Source of the DNA: Octopus sinensis
Lineage: Eukaryota
Assembly (NCBI RefSeq): GCF_006345805.1
Contig: NC_043013.1
Location: 22,320,001 to 22,384,000, forward strand
Direction of reading: 5' to 3'
DNA: 64,000 nucleotides
In this document: positions 33,831 through 48,414 of the stretch, piece by piece
Numbering within the stretch: position 1 is the stretch's first letter
Layout of the letters: every line of letters starts with the position of its first letter
Translations under genes and position numbers: made by a program
Notes under the pieces: model-generated
Told to the model about the DNA's origin: nothing
Databases searched by the model: none
The model's input: the letters and a program-made list of their open reading frames with translations, nothing else

Positions 33831-36800
33831 ATCTTCCGATCTTCATTCCCTCATGAATAGGAAAGAGAAAAAAGTACACAACATCATACCTACCTCTGGT
33901 GCCCATCAATTAGGAAGTTCATGATCAAGAAATCACATGACTTCTAAGCTTAAGTATAACATTAGAAGTTCTTTTACAGATTTTGGAAAACGAAAAAAAA
34001 AAAAAGAATCCAATGCAGTTTCTGACAAGACTCGAGTCAGAATAAATGACACGAGCCCAAGATGCCATGGGATGGGATCCAATGCAGACCCTTGGTGTTG
34101 CTTAATCCTCTGGATCCACAATCCCTTTTCAATGGTGAGATACATGAAACTGGGCTTCCAGACACATCTTAGCATTCAATTGGACCATTGACCTATGTAG
34201 AAGTATTTAATTTTCCGTTTTCGCTCAGATGAACAGGTTTTCTCAACTACAGAGAATTGCCAATCAACTCGGTTCTGTGTCATCTCTTAACAGAGGCTCC
34301 ATTTCCAATTTTTTTTTTCTTTTGTTTGTCATTTGACTGTAGCCATGCTGGAGCACTGCCTTTAGTTGAACAAATCAACCCCAGTACATATTCTTTGTAA
34401 GCCTAATACTTGTGCCATGCAGTGGTACTGAATTCAGAACCATGTGGTTGGTAAGCAAGCTACTTACCTCACAGCCACTCCTGCATTTATGGCTGATTTT
34501 TTTTTTCAAAATTACTTGAAACATTTACAGAAATATTCTGTTAGAACCATGGCCCCAACAGGATTAACTGACAGAAATGGAAGAATACTTTAGAAAGGTA
34601 GTGCCCCAGCATGGCCACAGTCCAATGACTAAAGCAAATGAAAAACAAAAGGATAATGAACAAGAAAATAAAGAGACAGCTATTACAAAATAATATACAC
34701 AAATTGATCGATTTTTTTTTTTATTCAACAAAACTAAAGGAAAAAACATAAAACAAAAAATATTTCAATTGTTTTTATTTTCCAAAATTCAATACATTTT
34801 TACATTTTTTTACAAACTCAAGATTTTCATTTAATTTTTTTCTTTTAAATTTTTCAATAAGTAATCGGCCAAATATATTTGTTCTTAAATAATCTTTATT
34901 TAATCATCTGTATCTTTTTTAAATCTTTATTTTCACTCTTTTTTTCATTTCTTTTTAAAGTTCATACTAAAAATTACAGAAAATTTTAAAAGGTTTTCAT
35001 GTAAAAAACAAAAACCCATTATTTGTTTATTTTTTAGTATGTGTGTTTGTGTATAAGTTTTTTTTTATATACATATATTTCTTTTGTCTCGTTTGACCTT
35101 AATTGGTGTAAAAGGTTACCAAAGTGGCATTCTATTGGCGTCCAGTTGATTTTGTTGCTAATTACATTAAACAAGATTATCAATAAATAAAGGATTGATC
35201 ATCCAAGACTAAACCTATTTTAGGATCATATAAAAAGATGGTGGAACAGGGAAGTTTTTTGTAAATAATTCAGATTTTCCAATTGAGCAAGAAAAAAGAA
35301 GATGAATATGAAAGGATGAGAAAGTAACAAAATTTGCTTTGTTCAGAATGAAAGAGGGAGGAAACGAAGTAACAGTGGAAACGTGATAGACTTGTCCGCA
35401 TTACTGTTCAGTTCAAGCATTCACACTCACAATGATGTTCAGTTAAAGGCAACAGAAAAATGAAGCAATGGAGAGACTTGCTTAATGAATAAAAAACTAA
35501 CACTTTAGGAGAGAAAAATAATGATCTAAATTAAGATACAAAAACTCTGAGTATTGAGTTTCAACTGCTATAATTGAGAATCTAAAGAGCTTTCTGGGAG
35601 TTTAGAATCATGCTACAGCAGAGATATCAGGTGGTGGGGGGTTAAGATGAACAGATCTAACCAAAACAAAAAAAAAAACAAAAAGATAATAAAAAAGAGA
35701 AGAAAACTTTTAAATGTCATTCTACAATAGAAAGGGTCTTAATAAAATAATGAAGATTAACTCATGTTTGCCAAGTCTTCTTCGAAAAGAAGATCACCTG
35801 TCTTAAAGTCGGACAGGTTAAAAACTAGAAATAATGAAATTAAAGAAATGATGGATAAAGAATGTTTAAAAGAAGGGAAAAAGAAAGGGCTTCCATATGG
35901 AAGACCAAAGTACAAACCAGGGAATCCAATTTTAGCAGGCGAAAAAAAAAATAAAAAAACAAACCAGTAATGTCCAGGGTTCAAGTTCAACTCAAGGCAA
36001 GAAAATGGTTTCGTGGCTGTGGGAAAGAGCAGAAAAAAAGAAACAACCACGATATGCGTGGTTAAAAAGAAATTTTGGTTTTTTTCTCTTTGTTTCACAC
36101 AAGAAATATTTTAAACAGCTAAAAGCTTAAAATTCAATCAACAATTCTAGAAAATTATTTATCGCAAAAGAAAGAAAGAAAAAAAAAAAAAGAGAAATAG
36201 AGAAAAGGACCAGTAATAAAAAAGTATAAAAAGTAAACCTTATATAACCAATAATTTACCAGTATCTTTTCTCATTAGACTGCGGCCATGCTGGGGCATC
36301 AACCTTAAGAATTTTTAGCCATAGGAATCAATCCCAGCACTTATTTTGTTAAGTCTGGCACCAATTCTATTGATTTCTTTTGCCAAACTGCTAAGTGACA
36401 GGAACATAAACACACCAACACCAGTTAAGTGGTGGGAGACAAACACAAACACATCATCGTCAAACATCTGTATTCCATGCTCGCATGGGTTGGACGGTTT
36501 GATAGGAGCTGACCAGCTGCGGGGGTGGGGTGGGGGTGGGCTGTCTAGATTCCAATAGTTTGTTTTGGCCAAGTCTCTTACAGCCAGATGCCCTTCCTAA
36601 AGACAATCACTGCACAGCATGTGCCGCATGCTTTTTACGTGCCACCAGCACAAGTGCATTTGCACAGCCCTGGCACGAGTGCATTCTACGTGTCACTGGC
36701 ATCTGCAAAAGACAAGCCCGTAGCTATGGAGGACCCCAAATTTTACTTAATGTGCCTTCTCAAATATAGCAAATCACCACAACTACCGATCCCTTCTCAT

Positions 36801-39247
36801 TTAACGGGCTTCTTTCTGTTTCCATCAACCACATCCACTCACAAGGCCATGGTCAGCCCAAGGCTACATACAGTACAAGACACTTGACCAAGGTGCCATG
36901 CAGTGGGACTGAACCCAGAACCATGTGGTTGGGAAGCAGGTTTCTTACCACACAGCCACTCCACGCCTTTCAGCATTTTATATTGACATCAATCGTTGCT
37001 GTGGACTACATAAAAAGCCTAAATATGTCACACTTGAAATATTGGTTTTAACAGCATATTTCTAAACATCAACCCACAACCCTTCAGCATCCAGCTTACT
37101 CTGTCCAATAAAAGGCTTTATATAGACACATTGCTTAGAATTAATATTTGAGATTTTGATGATAAAATTGTTTATTTTTTTTTTTAGAATAATAGGGAAG
37201 AGGTGAGAGGCCAGATTTAAAGAGATTGACCATAAAACAGGATATTTGGGTTGTAGGGGACACTTTAAATGCTAAAGGGTTAATATAGTTTTACATTAGG
37301 AAATATATTTAGCAACTCACCTTAAAGAATTGTAGACTCCTGTTTAGTCTAAGAAAAGGGGGAAAAAATGAATTGAAAAGGGACCAGGTAGGTGGATGCA
37401 GTGACCTTCCAGGACTAAAGCAATTCAGAGTAAAAAGGAGGCGCCACTTATTTGTAGAGGTTTCCATGTGAATAAGTTAAACCAAAACCTTATGAAAGGA
37501 TGGATTTAATGAAAGAGAAGTTCCCATAGCAGAACAATGGATTATGTTTATAAATCTACTTTCTGCTGTTTGGTTTACTAAGATTAATGAAATCATTCGA
37601 GAGGCTCATAGAACTCTGGCCTTTTGGAACAAGTGGAAACTCTCCAGCTCTTGCAAGATGAGGCAAGGGAAGGAATTAATTAATGGTTGAAGCACCAATT
37701 AACTACAATCCTATCAAGCAGTTTGCTGCGTGACTCAGTGAATCCTTTGACATAGTTAAGTCTACTGACCAAAATGCAAAACTATTATTGACCATATGTG
37801 AAACTGAAAAACAATCAATTCTTGCCACTAAGTAATTCTGTCTTGTTAGCAACCTCATTACTACTAAGTTTCATGCAGATGGTGTCCCTAGGAATCTTCC
37901 CCAACCTAATTTATATATTTATCATTGTTATGGTTTTTGCATCCATTCTTTTAGGCCAGTATCGGTTAGACAAAATTTCAGAAACAGATCTTCTATGGTT
38001 GGATGCCCTTCCAGTGGCCAACACTCGTTTTTCAAATAAGGTGCTCATTATGTTCCACCAGGTGCTTGAAAGTCTGCTGAACCGCAGAGAATTTGTCCAA
38101 AAGAGAAAGTGAAGGCTGTCACAATATTTCACTGTGGCCAATATTGATGATGGCATCCACTGATACTTAGACACAGCACACACAAATTTCATACACAAGG
38201 CATGTTTGGTCGGTGTGCAGCTGTAATAGAAGGGTCCCCACCCCACCTCAGGGGTATCGATTCCATGACCATACGGTGGCAGACTGAACTTCAAAACGTC
38301 ACTCATGTGTGTGCCAGGCATACAAATCCACATATATATACACAGATATATGTGTGTGTGTGTTTGTGTATACAATTAACTGCCAGAAAGACTAAGATAA
38401 CAGCATAATTGAAAGAATTTTCCTTTTTTATATTCCTTGGACTTCAGGCAATTTCAATTTTTATTGCCAGCCATGTTGTGGTGCCAGCAGCAAATGTGTT
38501 TCAGTGAGAGAAGCAGGTGTAAGGTTAGAACTGTAAGGTGTCAAGGTAACACAACAAAATGAGACAATGGCAAAGAAATGTTGCAGTGTGAGATTTTGCT
38601 TAAACCAGGCTTGTCCTAAAGCAACAAAAATATAAGGAGACTCATCAGAGAAATACACTGCATGATCAAAGGTTCCAACACCCGAGAAATGAGTCAAGCT
38701 TCCAGGACTCTAGGTTCGTATTTTAGCCTCAATTCCCAGTTGTAGCCATTTCATGAGAAATACATAAGCCGCTAGGCAACATATCTATTTCTTGTCACAC
38801 CATACATGATCTCGGACAAGATTAATCACCAACTGTCCATGAAAAGTCAAACATGTCTACATGAGGTTATCACAGGGATGAAATAACTAGGATTATACCT
38901 CGGAGCGGAATTCCTCAATTAGGTTTAAGACAGAACATTGTCCAGAGAAAAAGTCACCCATGTCCTGTCTAAAGGAAGGCTCGTGTCAAGAGACATTAAA
39001 GTTACAAAGGAATCTTAAAGTTTGTGAATGAATAACATCAGAATAGGAAAATCGATTTCTCTCCCCAATTTCTTTCACAGACACAAGCAACAACAACAAT
39101 AATTCTTTTGCAGCACACTTAGAAACAAATACTTGAGTTGAATTGTCTTTCCCTCCCTTCATTTCTGCATAAACCCTTCTTCCAATCCTAATTATTATTG
39201 AGAATAAAATAAAAGGAAACAAAGTACCTGCAGTGTTACTTTACAAT

Positions 39248-39846
39248 TCAAAGGCGAGGCTTGATACGTAGGGTCTCTTCTGAAAGCAATGATGAAAAAC
39301 AATCATAACACGAAAAGAAGAGTTTTGTGTGTAAATACTAAGAAGTGCTTGAAAAAAAGGGAGACAAAATTAAAAAGAAAAGACAAAAGCCTTACTGGGT
39401 GATTTCATTTCATTCGTATTGGAAGTAGTTGAAGTGTCCAGCAGTGATTCATCGGAGGAGTTGACCAATGAAATAAACGACAGACTGGCCAATTCTTCTG
39501 GGAAGCTTTTCTTTGTTACACGGCATTTTGCTGCTGTAGAAGACTTGGAGTTCCTGAAAAATATTAACAATTCACCCAAAACAGTTGCAAGACTACTTGG
39601 CTCCAGTCACAAAAACAACTGGCAAACATTGGCTAAAACTGTGCAATTAGTAACAAGTGCACATTTACAGCTAATACTGACTGCAGCTGCACCAGTGGCA
39701 GCTACAGCCATAAAGTTGCAGATCACAGTGAATAAAATCACATGATCTCTAATTTATAGTATATAAGTTTTTTTAAAACTCATTTTAAAAGAATATTTCA
39801 TAAAAGTGTAGGATTAAACAAATCTCAAAATACACGTGTGTGTGTT

Positions 39847-39877
<31 letters not shown>

Positions 39878-40233
39878 GCACACAAAATTTAGAGGACTGA
39901 CCACTAAAAAAATGGACAGCCTATATGCTAGATATAGACATCAAAATCGCCATTTTCCATGAAGAATGTGTTCTCAAGAAAAAATTCAGCAAAAAACCAA
40001 AGTGTAAAAATAAGCAAGACAAATGAAAATATATGAAATAAAAAAAAACGATTACCTATGTACTAATTAGTTTCACTTGTTAATATTTATGTATATGGAT
40101 ACGCAAACATCTGCAAGATCATCAGCATAGTCTGTCGTTTACAATCATAATTTCTAGAACTAGATACAGAACGCTCGGCTGAAATCCAGCATGTATAAAG
40201 TTCAACAAACTATATTTGTGTATTTTTCAAATG

Positions 40234-40273
<40 letters not shown>

Positions 40274-43200
40274 GCATATTCTAGGTTTATGAAATGTATT
40301 TCCATAGTATCGTTCCATCCTTACCTATGCAGAATGTTGCAATAGACATTATTATGTGTAAAACAGAGACAATCAACAGAAATAAATACATACACTCCCT
40401 GCTACACTTCCCACCCCCTCTACTTTTCATTCCAGTAATAGGAAGCCTAAATAAAACATGGTAACGAAGGCTGGCACGCTGTTACAAAACGAGGCTGAGC
40501 CCAAGCCAAAAATGAAATCTGTCAACTTACGTTCTTTTCCGCTTCACCACAACAGTTTTAGATTTTCCTGGGCCGTCTTTGGAGATCTTCTTACGGCTAT
40601 TGAACTTACAGGCATGGTGGCTACAAACTTGATTCTCACGGAATTTCTGACAAACAAGGGAATGCTTCCGAGTACACTGGAACATTAAAAGGGAGCCAAA
40701 GAATTGAAGCAATTGTTAAAACAGGCTACAGATAATATCAACAGACTGATAGTCATGGCAACAAACCACACAGAAAGGACCAATTCTGTACACCCTGAAA
40801 TTACTGTTGTTTTGTTTAGCAGGAAAAACACTTCTTTTAATGAACTTAGTTTACCTATCAGTAAATTAGACATCACCAGTCGATGAGTCCTTTACCATAA
40901 CATTGCTATTGTATATAATTAATGGGTATTTGGTTATTTTACTATGCTAAGTGCAAATCCTTGCATAGTCAAAAGTTATGAGACAGAAGAGGGGTAAAAA
41001 AAAAAATTCTTTCAATTTCCTTATATCATGAAACGGGGGAAATTCATGTCATCTTTGGATGACAAAATAAAAATTCAAATATCTAGGGGTGAACAGAGAA
41101 GAACAACAGTGAGGCTATTAAAAGTACAAAATCGGAGAACAAACTGGATGGAGCAAGAGTTGTTGATATAAACTTATGTTCTTAAGAGAATCGGACTGAA
41201 CAAAGATCTTCTGCTAGATCCATTCCAATTATGTTGCTAATATCCTTTGAAAAAAATAAGGGTACAAATGTCACGTCTCTTCACCTAGAAATGTGAAACT
41301 TTGAACCTAAGTAAAAAGAAAACATCAATTGAGTTAGTAATTAATTTAGTAAGACACATCCACATATAATTTTAGAGGTAAGACTAGTTAGGTTTTTGAT
41401 TAAAAAGAAACAAAACAAAACCAATTCAAATATCATTTGGATTGTAATCATCTTATATGAAATCATAAATGTACCAACAAAGATCATCTTAATCCTAATC
41501 AACATGTCCACAGCTTTAAGCTTTCAACTTGGCAACACCTATTTCATAATGGATTGTTCTATGTATTCTGGTTCATTCCATATCTCATCAACAAATGTTG
41601 ATTCAGAAATTTAGAAATTGAAAATTAAAAATAATTAGAGTAAAAAAGTGATAGTTTTTTTGTTTTTTTTTTTAACTGTGATAGCAAAAATATTAAATGT
41701 TCTTAGCAAGGCCAGTTCTTAGCCAATGGAACAATATATAAAATGCCTAATTTTAAAGATTCTATAAAACATAACACTTAAAATTGCTTGCCTCTTTATT
41801 TCCACAGCTTAAATACAAAAAGAACCTTTCAAAATTAAAGGGAAAGCATCAACCAACTGAAAAAAATTGCTTTAATATCTTCCATATAAAATGCCGACAT
41901 CACACACGCGTCAAGGGAGGTAACTCGACCAACTTACCTTCTCTCCTAAACTACAATAGCCATTGAGGAAGTCTTCGCAAATGATGGCATTTTTATTCAC
42001 TTTGACATGTGGATAGATACAGTTATCCCGATTGCACTGGCCTTTCAGGAAGTAAGAACAGCTCGGCATCTTCTCCTTTGAGAGCTGATGGTAGAATGGG
42101 CAGTTTTCTACTTTACAACCGCCTCGAATCATTCTGATGGAGAAAGGTGATATTTTAGAACCAGAAACAGAAGACAAGAAGATAGTTACAACAGACACTC
42201 AAAGCAAATGGATATTCTGTCGGTTTGACAATAATTACTAATTTATCAATCACTGGAACTACTTATTCATTACCACAAACAGTTGTACTCTTGATGTAAA
42301 TTACAAGCAAAAGCTGGACCTTTGAATTACAAATAGTCTTTCTTTTCTCACATACTCAGCCAACCCTGCACACACACACACACACTTACCGATAGCAGAC
42401 GGCTATTTTCTTTGGATCGTGAACGTAAGGACATTTGTTTCCCTTGTTACACTTTCCAAATCGATTATAAAACAGACACGGCTTCTGTGCTGGCGGCTTT
42501 GAATAACCTTTCCGTAGCCTGGCTGCAGCCGTGGCAATACTTCGAGTGACCACACGACTAAAATAAACAAGAAAAGAATCAGTCATGAAAGAAATAACAT
42601 TTAAACTTTACAAAAAAAGAGTAAAATCAAATGCAAAGATGGAAGGAAGAACGTTTTTTGAAACATAATTCAACCCAAAACCCGAACCATTTTAACAATT
42701 CACCAGTTGCCAGGTGGCTTGATGCTTTATTACCTAATTGATCTTCCTGCCTTTATTAGACACACTGCAATCAGCAGGTAGACATATATCTAACAGATGG
42801 TCGAGCCTCTACCAATGATACAATATCAACTTGTTCCTTGTAATTTCTCTAAAAAGAAGTAACAAAATCTAAGGGTAAAGATGGTTTGCCAACATAACAT
42901 GGCAGTCCTGGTTTAGGATGAATGTTGCTGTAATTTAGTCCAAGGAGACATCGTCTCCAGCTGGCTATACGACATGATCTGTGTCCTTATATTTTCGAAC
43001 AAGGGAATCTAGCACCCCAACTCAGTTCAAAACAATATCTGTGTATCGCGATTTCCAGGTTATTTTCTTTCATTGAACAAGGGGATCTAGCTGAGTGGGG
43101 GTGCTAGATTTCCTTGTTCGAAAATATAAGGACATAGATCGTGTTGTATAGCCAGCTGGAAATGATGTCTCCTGGGGCTAAATTACAGCAACATTCATCT

Positions 43201-46200
43201 TAAACCAGGACTGCCATGTTATGTTGGCAAAATATCTTTACTACAAAGTACTGTTGCCGAATATCTCTCGTGAGATTTTAAAATAGTAATTTTCTAAAAT
43301 CTAAGAGGTTTTACAAAGGAATATAAAGCAATTTCACAAAAAAAAAAAAAATCAAAAAAACTCAAGAATGTATTTCTATTTTCAAGTTTCTAGATAAAAG
43401 CAAGCATCCTTTTAATCCGTGTTACAACACATTATACTAAATGAAGTTAGAGTAACATTAAAAAACAAATCTAAAACTCAGGTTTAAGGATTAAGTTAAT
43501 ACACCCTATTTCAATTAAAAATTCAGTAATGAAAAGGTTAAAAGGAACAGTTTGAAATGAGAGATTTATGGCCCAATTTTACTTAATATATTTATAAAAC
43601 TATGAGAGAAGACAATAAACTCACTTTGCCATAACAACTGTTGGGTTATCGACTCTCTTCAACATACCACCAGATGTTTGAGTATACACAACACCAGCAA
43701 TATTCAGCTTTCTAAGTCCCATCAAGCGAGAAGCAGAACCTGCAATTAAAAGTAATTAAAAGTATGCAACTTATTACCTCTTCTTACTGCAATAAAATCT
43801 CAGAGCAAAAATATCTAAATTACCAACAAGAAAAACTAATATGAAATAACAATTCAAATTTTTGCAAAAACATTACGGTGAGTTAGTTTTTATTTGATAC
43901 TCTGCTCACAAATGAAACATTTAACACTCAGAAACAAAGCATTTCAATCCACATAACTACCTGATCCAGTTTTGGTATTCATTCGACGGAGTGTCTTCCC
44001 ACCAGCTTCCACATGAAATTTCACTCCTCGTACTGTAATAGTTTTCAGGCTGTTAAATTTACTAAAGTGGGCACCTGTAGAAAAGAAAGATAAAAGACAA
44101 GATATAACGAAGGCTTAATCAAAGTGCTAGGGAGAGAGAGGGGGGGGGGGTCTTGTAATTCTTAGAAGTATATTCGAAACAACACAGATTAAGCTCAACT
44201 AAATGTATGTTCTTGCTACTACCTTTGTATGAAATGGCTTAAGTTAAAACATTTGAAAAACCTTTCCCATCTAAGGTTATCACTGAAAGAAAAAAAGATG
44301 TGAAAACACTTTAAAATAAAAGCTACATAACAGAGATTACGTGTCTATGTAAACTTTCTCTGGAAACTGCTTTTTCATTCAAACTGACATAGAAAAACTA
44401 TTAAAGTTCCTTACGTTTAACAGCAGCAGCAGCAGAGCTCCTCCGATATCCACTCAGTTTCAAAGGAGTCTTGATGAGAGAAAAAGGAGATGATTTCAAC
44501 TGCAGACATGGACTGTACTTTCGAGATAGTCTTCGACGTCGATCAATCTTCATCCTTTTATTAAAACATAAACCAAACATGAAAGTGAAAACATAGAAAT
44601 AGCATTTCAGGGTTAATACGAAGAAAATAATAGAAGTTTGCGAAATCACAAACATAAAACGTTTTTTGCCCAGTTTAAAATTGAAAACCATTTTAAACCT
44701 TTCAAAATCAAAGTAACTCTTGAGATATATTTAACAAATTGTGAATTTCTCCTTTGGTACAACACTCACTGTGGTCTGATTAGCACACACAATGCCTTTG
44801 TTTCAATTAATTTAGACCCAGAATTCAGTGAAATTAACTGTTAAGTTGGTATTTGAGAGACGACCTGAAATTCTGATGGGAATTTCTAATTTAGATTATT
44901 TCAAACCATGAAGTCTGAAAGCAACAGAACCAGGAGCAGTGTCGAGCAGGTTGGTTTGAAAAGAGAGATGTATGTAGTAGCAGTAATCTTCATTAATTAC
45001 CATCAGAATGGCATTAATATGTGAGCATCAAGTTAAGAGAAACCCATAAATCAACTTTAGCAGTTGAGATATGGTTTTGAGAAATCTACAAGAGCAACAC
45101 ACCACTGCTGTATGATTGTTATCTTTGATGCTTAGCCTTTGGTCACAGTTAGCAATCTGTGAGTTTTTTTTGTTAGTTTTATTTGACCAAGAGACAAGTA
45201 GCAGCCTTAGCTATAAAAAGTGGGAATTTGGATATTGCAGGCTTGGACATTTTTTGTATTTGGAAATCAAATAATAGTAGACATGGTTTTAACAAATTCT
45301 TCTGCAAAAAACTCATCTCTTTCCAAGAATTTCAACTTAAAAAGGACTCACTTGAACTTTGGTGGGATATTGGTTTTTCCAAGAGTCTTCTTACTTGGTG
45401 TACGACAAACAGATACTGGAAATGGAAAAAAAATTAAATGTTAAAAATATTATTATCAATAATATGCAATGTGTTTCATCATCATCATCGTCGTCATTTA
45501 ACGTCCGCTTTCCATGCTAGCATGGGTTGGACGGTTTGACCAAGGAGTGGCGAGCCAGAAGGCTGCACCAGGCACCAATCTGATCTGGCAAAGTTTCTAC
45601 AGCTGGATGCTCTTCCTAATGCCAGCCACTCCAAGATTGTAGTGGGTGCTTTTACATGCCACCGGCATGAGGGCCAGTCAGGCAGTTCTGATAATCACCA
45701 GGCTCAAAAGGTGTTTTTTACGTGCTACCTGCATGGGAGACAGTCCAGTGGCACTGGCAATGACCATGCTCGGATGTTGTTTTTTCACGTGCTACTGGCA
45801 CATGTGCAGGTAAGGCAGCACTGGCAACGATCACACTCAAATGGTGCTTTTTACGTGCCACTGGCACAGGAGCCAATCCGTGACCCTGGCAACAATTACG
45901 CTCGGATGTGCTTTTAACGTTCCACTAGCACGAGTGCCAATCAGGCGGCACTGTCATCGATTTATTATCAATATTTTATGAGTAAGAGTAGATGGGGTCA
46001 GAGATTCTTAAAGTACCTGGATAATTACTGACAAAGAGATATGAAACAGTAAATGCCAAGACTCGCCTAATTGTTATGAGTAACTAAAGCATTAATTAAT
46101 CATTGATGACAATCAGAATTTAATTAATCATTATTATAGTCATCAATGATTTAATGCTGTGAATACTCATAAATTCTGTATCTTCTACAATCTGAAATAT

Positions 46201-46876
46201 ATGCAAGATGTATTAAATTGTTAAATAATAATTAATGTAGGAGCAGGGAAGAGGACACACATGATGGCAGCTGTTCTCACAAATTCTGAGGTTACAAATG
46301 GTAACGAGGGAGAGTGGTGCCAGGAGGTTAAGTACTAAAACTTGGAGCTACAGAAACAACAGCGGAATTTTGGCTTGGAGTACTACTGGCTACATACCTC
46401 TACATTAATCTCAACATGAACCAATAAATAGACATCACATCATCATTTAACATGTCTTCCATGCTACCATGGGTTGGATATAAAATAGTCCGACTTACAG
46501 AATATATATATATATATGCCAGCGCCTGGCCGATGCCAGTGCCACCTCGACTGGCTTCCGTGTCGGTGGCACGTAAAAAGCACCATCCGAATCGTGGCCG
46601 ATGCCAGCACCGCCTCGACTGGCTTCCGTGCCGGTGGCACATAAAATACACCAATCCGACCGTGGCCGTTGCCAGCCTCGCCTGGCACCTGTGCAGGTGG
46701 CACGTAAAAAGCACCCACTACACTCACGGAGTGGTTGGCGTTAGGAAGGGCATCCAGCTGTAGAAACATTGCCAGATAAGACCGGAGCCTGGTGCAGCCT
46801 TCTGGCTTCCCAGATCCCCGGTCGAACCGTCCAACCCATGCTAGCATGGAGAATGGACGTTAAACGATGATGATGA

Positions 46877-46910
<34 letters not shown>

Positions 46911-48383
46911 GGTAAATAAGAAAGTGGAGAGGATACGAAATCGACAGACATCAGTCAGTAGATATTCCCGTATGTCTATTCATTCCAATGTATTGGATTG
47001 ATACACATGCATTAGTGGTACAGACTATCAAATAGATTTGGTAATTGGTAATTGCAAAAACAAAAGTGTGGAAGCATATAGGAACGAGTGTCTACAAAAC
47101 CGAATGGGTGTGTAGGCACCTACACACCCATTCAATTTTATAGACAATTTGCTCAATTGATCACTCGTTCCTATACGCTTATATGCTTCCACACTCTCGT
47201 CTTTGCAATTACCAACTCTTTCTATTTGATAATCTGTACCACTAATGCATGTGTATCAATCCAATACATTGGAATGCATAGAGATACTGGAATATCTACT
47301 GGCTGATGTCTGTCGATTTCGTATCCTCTCCACTTATTTGCCGTATATATATATTATATTGTGTAAGTCAGACTATTTTATATCCGCACCCAAGTACATT
47401 TTTTCCTATTAAATGTATTTTAATATTCTGTGTAAATCGAATAGCCTAACTTGCTTCTTATTACATTTACTCATCTACCAGCTCAAGTTCAACCCTCTTG
47501 AGCGTGTATTCTATATAGAGAACACCTGTCTATAAACTACAGTATACACACACACACACAAACACGTGCATACATATACACACATAATTAGGTCCAAATG
47601 TGACTTCAAAACAGACGATCTAGTCTGTTTCCAAAAAGACATAAAAATCTAAAACCTTCACAATGGAGACCTGCAAGGAGCCTTTAAAATGGTTGCTCAA
47701 CCTAACAGGAACACTAACCAAATTTACTTCACATCATCTGGAAAAAAGAAAGGATACAGTGGATAATGAGTTCTTAGATACCCTTAGAAAATAAAACCAG
47801 GAAGTCCTGGTTAGGAGGGCCTTTGATTGTGAGTTGTTGTTGTTGTTGTTGTTGTTGTATAGGGGTATGCACTGTAACAGTACACTGCTGCATCCAGCAT
47901 TTGTTGGTGATTCTTCACTGCTGACAGAAGAGGCCTCAGCACCACTCACGCAACAACCCATGCAGCTGTTTTGGGCGGTCGTTGCTAGTAGAGGCCTTAC
48001 AAGGTTTTTACCTCAATCTCTTTTATTTGCTTTTTATGGCACGCAGAAGGGACACTGGGCCTATTCTTTTAACATGCTGGTCCCCAAACAGAACTAGAGC
48101 AACATGGAATGGAATGAGTTCTGCTCAAGAACATACCATCCGGTGCAGAAATCAAACCCACTATCTGACTCCCAGGAGTGCAACACCTGGGGTTAATCAG
48201 GAATAAATGAAAAATCTAAAAGCTCCACAAATACATGATGTTATGGTGCCGGATCATCTCTTACGGTTATCAAATATTTCAGAAAATTGCCTCACAAAAG
48301 CTAAGATTCGTCAATATAGAATAACCATTTGCTGCCCCTTAACAAAACTCACACTATGATTCACATTAGAAAAATACTGTTGT

Positions 48384-48414
<31 letters not shown>

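Noticed and set aside
34700-36250. Coding-like fragments on both strands (e.g. VCQVFF, GLPYGRPKY, DFKTGDLLFEED)
   Set aside because: The region is homopolymer-rich and looks error-prone or decayed; no consistent frame or family could be assigned.
47734-48206. ORFs in ZC3H3 intron considered as extra exons
   Set aside because: They contain repeat-derived sequence and are not phase-compatible. The 45352-45415 exon already closes the frame.
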